A stretch of 64,000 bases of DNA, from IMG/VR virus record IMGVR_UViG_3300028833_000074, positions 1-64,000 of that record, one strand, 5' to 3'. The DNA comes from a virus (lineage: Duplodnaviria; Caudoviricetes). The notes below the pieces were generated by a model, which was given only the letters and a program-made list of their open reading frames with translations, had not been told where the DNA came from and searched no databases. Made by a program: the position numbers and the translations under genes. Positions 54,995 to 64,000 of this stretch are shown here, piece by piece. Positions within the stretch are counted from its first letter, which is position 1, and the number at the start of each line of letters is the position of its first letter.

Positions 54995-56080
54995 ATGAGC
55001 AATCAAATAACAGAAAAAATCCTTAACCTTCGAGAAGAAATAGCAAAATATGTACCATTAATTGACCCCAAACCCCATACGCACAGCGTCAATGACCTTG
55101 ATGGTGTTGAAGGAGAATTAGTACCAACAAACCATGCATGGGATAAAGAAGAACACGAAAAATATGGTATTGCAAATCAAAATCATTATGGACACGTAGC
55201 CATCAGTAATGCTTTTACATCAGATGAAGATTATCAACAAAATACATCTACATATGAACGTAATAAAACAAATGCTGTTTCAGAAGAGGCAGTTAGAAAT
55301 TGGGTAATGCCATATATTGCAGAAAATTTTGGTATTTTTTGTTTAGATGAAGATGGCAATTTATATATTGAAACTATTGATATGGATATGAATTTAGAAC
55401 AACAAATAAGAGAAATAGTTTCTGATTATGATATCAATAGTAAATTAGAACAACATGTTATTACAAATCCTAAACCAACAAGTAATACTATCAATAATAT
55501 CACAGAAAATGGATATTATTTTTTAAATCCAAATGAAAATGAAGATTATTCTTTTACATGCAATAATGATGTCATTCATTACGAACGTGCTTTTATTATT
55601 GTTAAAAAACAATACACTCGCATTATACAATATGTATATGCCACTATGCCTAATAGTTTAAATAATTATCAACTAACTGGAGATATTTATGTCAGAATTG
55701 GTTCTGTGAATAATAATATTGTATCATGGAATAATAATTGGAAAATATTATATAAATCCTATGCTATACGCAGCAACGCCGGTGACCTTATCGATTCATT
55801 AGGGGATGGAGTAAGTGGTGTTGAATTATATGAGAATACTGCTGGCTACACATTCAAATGGAATCAAATAAAATATACACTTACTAAAGAAAATGGTATC
55901 TGGGCAACAGTATGTACCTTTAAAAACGCTTTGCCAATAGAAGATAATTTTATTTTTAGCAATATCATTAATAGCACAGATATTAAAATTTCATCTACCA
56001 AAGTAGAAATACGCTCTAAACAACGTCAAGGTACTGATATTAACGAAATTCATGAAACTCATTTTATACCAAGAAAATAG
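54995..56080 (+). CDS. Tail fibre-like protein
   Basis: GGTGAT RBS before ATG 54995. 'PHTHSVNDL', 'YGIANQNHYGHV' (shared with 46790), 'FCLDEDGNLY', 'INNITENGYY'. Confidence 0.6.
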   Translation: MSNQITEKILNLREEIAKYVPLIDPKPHTHSVNDLDGVEGELVPTNHAWDKEEHEKYGIANQNHYGHVAISNAFTSDEDYQQNTSTYERNKTNAVSEEAVRNWVMPYIAENFGIFCLDEDGNLYIETIDMDMNLEQQIREIVSDYDINSKLEQHVITNPKPTSNTINNITENGYYFLNPNENEDYSFTCNNDVIHYERAFIIVKKQYTRIIQYVYATMPNSLNNYQLTGDIYVRIGSVNNNIVSWNNNWKILYKSYAIRSNAGDLIDSLGDGVSGVELYENTAGYTFKWNQIKYTLTKENGIWATVCTFKNALPIEDNFIFSNIINSTDIKISSTKVEIRSKQRQGTDINEIHETHFIPRK

Positions 56081-56089
56081 AGGATAAAA

Positions 56090-58990
56090 ATGACAAATCC
56101 AACAATTGAGGCTACATTAAATTATCAAGAAAATTGTGATTATAAACAATCATCAACAACATGTGACATAACATTATCCAAACAAGATGTTATAATCACA
56201 GCAAATATTAGCGTAAGAGATTATAATCAACGTATTGTCAACACATCAACTGATGACTATTATTATAATGATGTATTACGTTTATTTATTACAATCACAG
56301 ACGCAAATAATAATGGCGTGCCTAATGGCTTTGTAAATGTATATTATGCAGAAAACGCCACAACAATATTAAATACAGAAAATTTAATTACTAAAACACC
56401 AATTCCAGTTGATGAACAAGGTAATGTAAGTGTATTATATCAACCACATCATAGTGGATATTTTATTGTGCAATACCATAACAGTCAAACATATAATGAT
56501 AAAACTGAATATTATCCGGTATTATTAAAAAAAATACCAACACTTTTAAATTTTTACGAAAATATACCACGCTTTGTACATTTAGAGGATACAGTATCAC
56601 TTAAAGTATCTGTACAAGATGTTTATGGTCAACCTTTAAACTATGGTATTGTTACATTTTTAAGTTATCAAATTGCTGACGCCACAGATGAAGATACAGA
56701 ACTATCATTAAGTGGTCAAGAAAAAGTTATTGGCAATCCAGTAATGGTTATCGATGGCGTCGCAGAAACAACATACTCACCAATACAATTATTGGAAGAA
56801 GATATATTACCAAAAGGTACAGAATTTATTAGGGCTGTTTTTAATTATGGTGAACGTAATGACAAATATGGTTCAGCCTATAAATATTATGCGCCAGATA
56901 GTTGTTGGACAAATATACCATTATTATATCCAAGTAATCTTACTATTGATGTTGTAACAATTAAAAACAATCAACTACAAAAAGTTACTATGTCAGATGG
57001 TGATATTATCATGAGTGATGGCTTTATCCATATTAAAAGCAATCAACATCTACATTTGCGCTTCGCTTTTACTAATAGTCGCAATGAACGTATTGCACTT
57101 GATAATAATTTAAAAGTATATTTTAATGTAAAAGGTACAGAAGATAAATTAATTATTGATAATATCACAGCAGATACTGAAACATATGTAAATCAATATC
57201 ATCAATATATTGATTATGACAAAGGATATGAAGCATCATATTATCCGGAAATTTATGGCGAAGAGAATATTTTTTTAAGTGATATTGGTAATATTCCAAC
57301 CGGTTATTATACTATTCAAGCATACATAAATAAAGGTGGACACACCATCTCTAAAGGACAATTAAAAGATATTGATGGACATGATGTTGATATAGAAGAT
57401 ATTTATTACTATGAGGCAGCCGAAAGTGAAAAATTATATCTTGCTGTTGATTTTGGCACACAAGATTATACAATTAATATTGACACAGAAACAATCAATG
57501 AAATTTATGGCATTAATACAATAGCAAAAGATATTCATAATCCAATTACTGCTACTATTGATATTGAAAAACAATATTACCCATACTTAAATAATCAACC
57601 ATGCGTATTTGTTATCCCAAAAATTAATAAAGAATATAAGGGTATTATCAAAATACAAAATAACCAATTAAAAGCAATATTGCAAGATACAATTATATTT
57701 ACATATGCTGATGATTATCCTATATATGTATATGTTAAAGGTAAAAGTTATACATATAATAATAATCAAATAACCTTTAGCGATGTATATAGTAATCCAA
57801 ATGATAATCATAATATGCCTATTTATATGTCTGCAAGATTTAATTTAGTACCACAAATTAATATTCGATATAATTCACAAATTTATAGTGGCGATGTCGA
57901 TATAGATATAAGTGTAGATAATATTTTTGATGAAAATTTAAATCTTGACACTATAATAGTATCAAAAAATAATTATACTTATACTGAATTAACTGATTCT
58001 TGTTCCTTAAACAAAAATCATCATACACACACAATACATATGTCAGATTTATCTGCTGGTGAATATCTTGTACAAACAAGAATCCAAAATCATAATTATA
58101 TATCAGAAACATTCACCATCTCAAAAGCCACATTAACAGCATATAACGATGTTCTTAATAATGTGCCAACTGGCAATATTCAAACAATAAAAATATATCT
58201 TAACACTAATAGCAATAAATTAACTGACTTAAATATAAATAAACTACATGTTGCGGTTAAATACGATAATATTGTCAATACATATAACATTGATAACAAC
58301 AATATAAGCATAAATAATACAAAAGATATAATAACATTTAATATGCCATTATATAATGAAGGTGAATATCAAATTAAGGTATTGTATGATGGTGATGAAA
58401 ATTTTGAAATATTAAATCCAACAACATATCCAATTGTTTTTAACACAAAAACAGTTTATGGCTCATTGCAAATTAATCGTTATGTTATTAAGCCATCACC
58501 TTCTGGTAATAATGAAGGCATAACCGATAATGATGAATTTGAAGATTATATTGATTTATTTATTAATTACAATGGTATTAACAATCAGTATATTATTGGT
58601 GAAATACAAGCAACAGATTATAGCAATAATAAATTATTTATCCCTTTTATATCAGATAAACAAGGTCATATACATCTATATAATCCAATTAATTCATATA
58701 CATGGCAATCATATAATAATTTTATTATCAACATTGACCCTACCAACACCTATATAATAAATGCTTTATTAAACTTTGATACCCCCCAAGAAGCAATTGA
58801 AAATTATTTTTATAATAATAATACAAAATATCGTTACAACAATACAAATATACCAATACAATTCGGTGCTGAAGACAATAATAATATATACTTTGCACAA
58901 ATTAAACAGCAATTAATCGCAAGTGGTAATAAAACATTATTTACAACTTATAAAAAACAAACACTAATGGAGACAAAAGATGAATCTTAA
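56090..58990 (+). CDS. Large Ig-like domain virion protein
   Basis: Ig motifs 'ITDANNNGVPNGFV', 'VQDVYGQPLNYGIVTF', 'EGEYQIKVLYDGDENF'. Confidence 0.65.
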   Translation: MTNPTIEATLNYQENCDYKQSSTTCDITLSKQDVIITANISVRDYNQRIVNTSTDDYYYNDVLRLFITITDANNNGVPNGFVNVYYAENATTILNTENLITKTPIPVDEQGNVSVLYQPHHSGYFIVQYHNSQTYNDKTEYYPVLLKKIPTLLNFYENIPRFVHLEDTVSLKVSVQDVYGQPLNYGIVTFLSYQIADATDEDTELSLSGQEKVIGNPVMVIDGVAETTYSPIQLLEEDILPKGTEFIRAVFNYGERNDKYGSAYKYYAPDSCWTNIPLLYPSNLTIDVVTIKNNQLQKVTMSDGDIIMSDGFIHIKSNQHLHLRFAFTNSRNERIALDNNLKVYFNVKGTEDKLIIDNITADTETYVNQYHQYIDYDKGYEASYYPEIYGEENIFLSDIGNIPTGYYTIQAYINKGGHTISKGQLKDIDGHDVDIEDIYYYEAAESEKLYLAVDFGTQDYTINIDTETINEIYGINTIAKDIHNPITATIDIEKQYYPYLNNQPCVFVIPKINKEYKGIIKIQNNQLKAILQDTIIFTYADDYPIYVYVKGKSYTYNNNQITFSDVYSNPNDNHNMPIYMSARFNLVPQINIRYNSQIYSGDVDIDISVDNIFDENLNLDTIIVSKNNYTYTELTDSCSLNKNHHTHTIHMSDLSAGEYLVQTRIQNHNYISETFTISKATLTAYNDVLNNVPTGNIQTIKIYLNTNSNKLTDLNINKLHVAVKYDNIVNTYNIDNNNISINNTKDIITFNMPLYNEGEYQIKVLYDGDENFEILNPTTYPIVFNTKTVYGSLQINRYVIKPSPSGNNEGITDNDEFEDYIDLFINYNGINNQYIIGEIQATDYSNNKLFIPFISDKQGHIHLYNPINSYTWQSYNNFIINIDPTNTYIINALLNFDTPQEAIENYFYNNNTKYRYNNTNIPIQFGAEDNNNIYFAQIKQQLIASGNKTLFTTYKKQTLMETKDES

Positions 58991-61901
58991 CGACATTAAA
59001 GAATATCCCCATAAAATAAAAAAAATTTTAATTACAAATCCAAATCTTTATTCCATTAATGATTATATTACTATTAAAATATCATTGGATGATGTCCAAG
59101 ATGATGAAGTAATACGTTTTAGTTTAAAAGAAAACGACGATTTTGTCCACCATCAATCTATTGATGATGATTATTTTATTAGAATACCTAATAATTTAAA
59201 TACAATTACCACATTATATGCTCATTATTTTATTTATGATTTATATCAATATGAGGAAATTGAAGAAGTTTATTCTATTTATCCATTTCAAGATTTATTT
59301 GAAAAAAATCCTATCAATAAACAAGGAATTCCATATAAAATTCAAATTGAATCAAAAGGATATGACATGCAATTAGGTTCAGATAATAAGCCTTATATTC
59401 GCTCTTTATTAAATAATAGTATTGATAAATATAAAAACCCTAATTATAAAAATTATTATAATACCAATATTGAAGATAAAAGAGATATGACTATACAAGG
59501 TATGTTTCCATTGTCAAGTCGATATAGACCACCATATCAATATATCAATGCCCCTAATTTAACGACCGAAGCATTATGGCAAGCAACCGAAAATGATATA
59601 AATTGTACAAATAGAAGACAAATAACACCATATTGGGAGGCAAAGATTCATAGAACTGGATTAAGCCCATTAATATCAGACCAAATTGATGGAGAATACG
59701 CACCTATAAATGTTTTCCTAAATTATAACTATTTACCTACAACAACCGAATATCATCAACATTATTTTGGATTTGAAGGCAAACATTACCAAGATAATAA
59801 TCCAAACAAACCACACTTGACATTAAATTCAGATTTAAATATTTTTGAAGGTACTAACGTTAATACCATTAATAATTTTGGTAATAACAATAATTATCGT
59901 ATTATTAATGTCGGTAATCCTTTTGATGATACGTACAGCATGTTTGTAGACCATGAACATATTATTCAATTAGACTTGAATAATGCCATTTATACAAATT
60001 GTCAATTGAAATATAATAAATGTGACAAATATTGGACATATACACCATTGGGTAAAGGTCAAGCATCCTTAAATATAAAATTAGATAAAGAACATTTATA
60101 CACTTTAAAATATTATATTTATATACCACAAGATACTGAATGCGAACCGGATAGTTGCTATATTACAGTTAATGATAATAAAATACATGATGATTTTATT
60201 AAACAAGATAAAATTTTACGCAACCAATGGATTTATCATGAAGTACCTTTTGTTAGTCAAGGCGAAGATATCATCAACATTATTGGACCACAACATAATG
60301 ATGATAGTCATCAAATACATTTTATTTATTTAACGATTGAGGAATTTCAAGAATATAGCCCAACAATTAAATATGCATCAAATGGCTTACATATATCTGA
60401 AAAAAATAAAACTATTATACGCTCTACAAAAGGTGATGATAATTGCGTCAGTACACCAACGCCTACACATCATTCAATAACTCCAAAAACATTACCTAAT
60501 CCAAATGGTAAAATTTTATTTTCATTAGATAATGATATAGATATTTATTACGATAGATTCACGTCAGATATGTATTATTATCATCCAAGTACATATACAA
60601 ATATCATCAAATTAGAAAATAATTTATTATCTTGGACTAATGATAACGACTTATCATTAACATATTCATACGAAGATACGCCATCTCTCAATAATGATGA
60701 CACAACATCTTTAACAGCAGAATATCAAAATAAAATAGTATTTATTCAAGGTGTTAATAATAATTTTATTTTATATGCTACTGACTCATATAATAATATT
60801 GTTTCTTCTGGCGATGTAGAGTGCGCTATCATTAAGGATAAAGAATCAACGCCAGAAGCAGAAGAAATTGTTAAAAATTTAGGTACACGAAAAATTACTC
60901 AAAATGGTACAGTTTTCTTTGATAAAATTGATTTGCGTAATATACCGGTAGATGGTGATTATAGCAAATATTATTTACGAATTAAATATATTAATCCTTG
61001 TGACCAAAAAGTTATTTATGATTATAAAGCATTTTACATCGAACCACAAAGAATTCATTTGACACCTTTTGTGAATAATTCATGTAAAAATCATCAAGGC
61101 AATTTTATTCTTCAAAGTAATGATGATGGATTTGAAAAATTTGGATATAGCACACCTAATGGTTTTGTGATACATTATCCAGAAGAGGAATTGCCACTTA
61201 AGGTTTCTGTTTTTGTGCAAAATCAAAATGGTTCATTATTATCCGATTGCACATTAGATAATGGTATCGTTAATATCGGCTACTGTGAATTATCTATTGA
61301 TGATGAATTGAAACAAGTAAGTATTGTAGATATTAATGGTGAATGTGATTTTTATCTTGATATGGAAGATTTAACAAAATTATCACAAGTTGTTAAGATT
61401 GAATACTATAATAGATATTATGAAGCGATTGATTATATTTATTTTGATATTGTTTTCGATGAGCAAACAAAGTTAAAGCCTATTATTCCAATTAAAATTT
61501 TATTGTTTGATGAGAATGGAATAAGTTATGTTCATGAAAATGATATATTGACAGTTGATAAGGATGAATGTGTATTGATGGATATTGATACAGATAAGCA
61601 TAAACGTTTTAGATTTGAAATCTATGAACATAATACCCCAGTATTTAACAAGCGAACAGCAGAACGAGTTTTTGCGCAAAATTTTGCACAAATTAATGAG
61701 CAAGAATTGTTTTATATTGTTGGCTTATTGAATGATGCAAATATTAATTCACCAAATGAAGTAATTCCAAAAGCAAATATGCAAGCGACAACAAAATATT
61801 ATACTTTTGTCACGACTAATATGATGACAGACGCTGGTATCGTGATTGATGATTTATGGCGAGAATATCATAGAACATTACAAATTAACTTTACAAAATA
61901 A
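58980..61901 (+). CDS. Large beta-rich virion protein (possible carbohydrate-binding and Ig-like domains)
   Basis: 973 aa, overlaps the upstream gene. 'YTLKYYIYIP...NQWIYHEVPF' is CBM-like. Confidence 0.5.
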   Translation: MNLNDIKEYPHKIKKILITNPNLYSINDYITIKISLDDVQDDEVIRFSLKENDDFVHHQSIDDDYFIRIPNNLNTITTLYAHYFIYDLYQYEEIEEVYSIYPFQDLFEKNPINKQGIPYKIQIESKGYDMQLGSDNKPYIRSLLNNSIDKYKNPNYKNYYNTNIEDKRDMTIQGMFPLSSRYRPPYQYINAPNLTTEALWQATENDINCTNRRQITPYWEAKIHRTGLSPLISDQIDGEYAPINVFLNYNYLPTTTEYHQHYFGFEGKHYQDNNPNKPHLTLNSDLNIFEGTNVNTINNFGNNNNYRIINVGNPFDDTYSMFVDHEHIIQLDLNNAIYTNCQLKYNKCDKYWTYTPLGKGQASLNIKLDKEHLYTLKYYIYIPQDTECEPDSCYITVNDNKIHDDFIKQDKILRNQWIYHEVPFVSQGEDIINIIGPQHNDDSHQIHFIYLTIEEFQEYSPTIKYASNGLHISEKNKTIIRSTKGDDNCVSTPTPTHHSITPKTLPNPNGKILFSLDNDIDIYYDRFTSDMYYYHPSTYTNIIKLENNLLSWTNDNDLSLTYSYEDTPSLNNDDTTSLTAEYQNKIVFIQGVNNNFILYATDSYNNIVSSGDVECAIIKDKESTPEAEEIVKNLGTRKITQNGTVFFDKIDLRNIPVDGDYSKYYLRIKYINPCDQKVIYDYKAFYIEPQRIHLTPFVNNSCKNHQGNFILQSNDDGFEKFGYSTPNGFVIHYPEEELPLKVSVFVQNQNGSLLSDCTLDNGIVNIGYCELSIDDELKQVSIVDINGECDFYLDMEDLTKLSQVVKIEYYNRYYEAIDYIYFDIVFDEQTKLKPIIPIKILLFDENGISYVHENDILTVDKDECVLMDIDTDKHKRFRFEIYEHNTPVFNKRTAERVFAQNFAQINEQELFYIVGLLNDANINSPNEVIPKANMQATTKYYTFVTTNMMTDAGIVIDDLWREYHRTLQINFTK

Positions 61902-61913
61902 AGAGGCACAACA

Positions 61914-64000
61914 ATGAATTATGTATATCCAACTAAAATTGAAGGTGTGGAAGGATGGTCCACAAAAACCAATACACAAAAAATGACTAATAAAAGTTAT
62001 TTATGTTCCAATAGTACAGCATTAGCCTATTGGGGAGTAAAAAATCCGACTTATAAAGGTCATCCATTACGTAATTGGCCAGATTCAGTCACAACCCCAT
62101 CTGGTTCATATTATAGACCAGAAGAAATTATTGCATCCGGTTTTGTTGTGCCAAATGCCCCAGATGAAGCATACGTTACCAGTATTGAATTAGAATATAA
62201 ATGGGAACAGATAGCATACTCATCATTAACTTCTTTTGGAAAATTTGATAATCCTATTATTACATTAAAGAAAAATGGTACAAAAATTGCAAACTTTACT
62301 GGTCACAAACCGGCTAATAATGGTAGATGCACCAATAATGGTAAAAATGTAGATAGTGCAAATTTAGCAACATTATATTCTCATAAAATTAATTTAGGTA
62401 ATCATAAAATTACCATTAAAGACCTTAAGAAAAATATCAAATTACATTTTCATCCTCAAAAAAACCAAGCAAGCAATCATTGTCGTATTGTGATGCAATT
62501 TTTAAGATTTAAAATTACTTATAAAGATATTGACCCAACTTTTAAAATAACGAATACATTATCTCATAAAGAACAAAAAGTAGATAAAACATATACTTAC
62601 AAAGTAACACTTAAAAGCACTAACAAAAGAGTGGCAAAAAATTTACCAGTTACTATTACTTTGCCGAAGAATACAACAGTTACAAAAGCATCAACAACAA
62701 CCGGTAGTGGCTCATACAAAGAAGGAACATGGACAATAAAAACCTTTAAAAAAGATACTGCTACATTAACACTCACTTGTAAAACGACAAAAGAAACATC
62801 AAAACAAACTTTTAAAGCAAGTTTTTCATTATATAATAAAGGTAATGCAAGCGCAAGTATGAAAATATCAAAAGAATCTGTGCCAGCACCATCACAACCA
62901 GATAAACCAGAACCAGAACCAGAACCAACTGTTATTAATTTTACTTTCACAACCAATGGTAAAAAACCATTAGTATATAAGGCTGTTGATAATAAACCAC
63001 TTACTATTAATGTCTCAATGATACGCAACAAAGTATCAGAAGAGAATGATGAAAAAATTATCATCAATACAGATGGATTAATCACCACTAATATCTGGCA
63101 AGGTATTAAAGATTTTAACATACAACAAGATAAAATAGACACAAGCAAATGGATTATTGATAATATTAAGACCAGTAATATTAATCTTTACGCTAATGTT
63201 GTTTTAGATACCCCAGATGAATATCACATGACAGCACTTCATACTGAAAGTAATCTTGATGATATAAAAAGAAATATTGATTTAACAGTCATGGAACAAG
63301 ATTTGCAAAAAGAATTTTTTAAATTACGTCTTGAAGATGGTTCAGATGTACGATATAATTCTTTAATTTTTACTGCTGGGGATGACTTAACAACACCAAT
63401 TACATATGATGTAGAAAATGTATCAAATCCTTTAATTGACAATATTACTATTATTGGTGAAACAAAACGCATTCCAACTCAACAAGCAAAATTTATTACT
63501 TTTGATATCAATATTGATATGCCAGAAGATAAAGTCTTTGAAAATGTTATTGCATACCTTGACGTTTATAATAATGAAGGTGAACAATGTGATGATATTA
63601 TTATTGGTGGCGATAAAAATATTACAGTTTATAATGGTTTAACAAATAAATATTGTATTATTAAAAAATTATATTCTAATCAAACTAATAAAATTAAATT
63701 GATTGTACAATCAGATATAGAACAAGAATGTATTTTAAAAATAAAACCTCTTAATTATGGTGACGAAAAATACACTAATGGTGAATGGCAAGCATCTCAT
63801 ATAATTTTTAAAGATATTCCAAATATTGAAATGAAAATAGAAGGTATTACTGAATTAACATATGTTGATGATAATGATGCCTATTTTTGTTTAAGATATA
63901 TTATTCAAAACAAATCTAATGTCGATGGTACTAATGTTAAATTCAAAATACAAGAACCACCAATCTTTAAACGAGATACATCACCACAAGGACATCGTTC
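61914..64000 (+). CDS. Large virion protein with DUF11-like Ig domains (3'-truncated; not in the ORF track)
   Basis: GAGG RBS, ATG 61914 (MNYVYPTKIEG...). DUF11-like 'YKVTLKSTN...VTITLPKN..VTKAS...GTWTI...ATLTLT' and a PEPEP linker. The frame was spot-checked open at the window end. Confidence 0.75.
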   Translation, partial: MNYVYPTKIEGVEGWSTKTNTQKMTNKSYLCSNSTALAYWGVKNPTYKGHPLRNWPDSVTTPSGSYYRPEEIIASGFVVPNAPDEAYVTSIELEYKWEQIAYSSLTSFGKFDNPIITLKKNGTKIANFTGHKPANNGRCTNNGKNVDSANLATLYSHKINLGNHKITIKDLKKNIKLHFHPQKNQASNHCRIVMQFLRFKITYKDIDPTFKITNTLSHKEQKVDKTYTYKVTLKSTNKRVAKNLPVTITLPKNTTVTKASTTTGSGSYKEGTWTIKTFKKDTATLTLTCKTTKETSKQTFKASFSLYNKGNASASMKISKESVPAPSQPDKPEPEPEPTVINFTFTTNGKKPLVYKAVDNKPLTINVSMIRNKVSEENDEKIIINTDGLITTNIWQGIKDFNIQQDKIDTSKWIIDNIKTSNINLYANVVLDTPDEYHMTALHTESNLDDIKRNIDLTVMEQDLQKEFFKLRLEDGSDVRYNSLIFTAGDDLTTPITYDVENVSNPLIDNITIIGETKRIPTQQAKFITFDINIDMPEDKVFENVIAYLDVYNNEGEQCDDIIIGGDKNITVYNGLTNKYCIIKKLYSNQTNKIKLIVQSDIEQECILKIKPLNYGDEKYTNGEWQASHIIFKDIPNIEMKIEGITELTYVDDNDAYFCLRYIIQNKSNVDGTNVKFKIQEPPIFKRDTSPQGHR

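Noticed and set aside
1-64000. Alternative genetic code, tRNA genes, integrase, inteins or introns
   Set aside because: Genes are intact in the standard code and use all three stop codons. I saw no cloverleaf, recombinase or splicing motifs by eye; a tRNAscan/HMM run would be needed to exclude them fully.

Overview
The window is the morphogenesis and lysis region of a large, AT-rich head-tailed virus (Caudoviricetes) with a contractile tail. All credible genes lie on the + strand. The host is very probably a pseudomurein-walled methanogen (Methanobacteriales, e.g. Methanobrevibacter or Methanosphaera), based on an endolysin with pseudomurein-binding repeats and a C39-type peptidase, archaeal TATA-box promoters, GGTGAT ribosome-binding sites and Methanobrevibacter-style adhesin-like proteins. 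Gene order: terminase (5'-truncated), portal, protease/scaffold, decoration protein, major capsid protein (MCP), head-tail joining proteins, sheath, tube, tail assembly chaperone (TAC), a ~2,700-aa tape measure, baseplate hub/spike/wedge, a ~3,730-aa baseplate-adhesin, a tail-fibre cluster, a lysis cassette, and a second fibre/adhesin operon that runs off the 3' end. The most notable observations are: (1) two candidate +1 recoding sites, each with the stop codon in a hairpin loop, one of which would add a Gly/Gln linker and an Ig-like domain to the MCP; (2) a secreted, membrane-anchored Cys-Gln thioester-domain protein between the holin and endolysin; (3) a 15-bp TATA+TTAGA promoter motif repeated before four operons; (4) a tape measure with a ~1,150-aa low-complexity, degenerate-repeat insert; (5) a duplicated and split baseplate hub carrying 8-Cys zinc fingers and a transglutaminase-like peptidase; (6) strong avoidance of GATC, AGCT, CTAG and the non-palindromic CAGG/CCTG. 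All assignments come from reading motifs and synteny by eye; no database searches were run.
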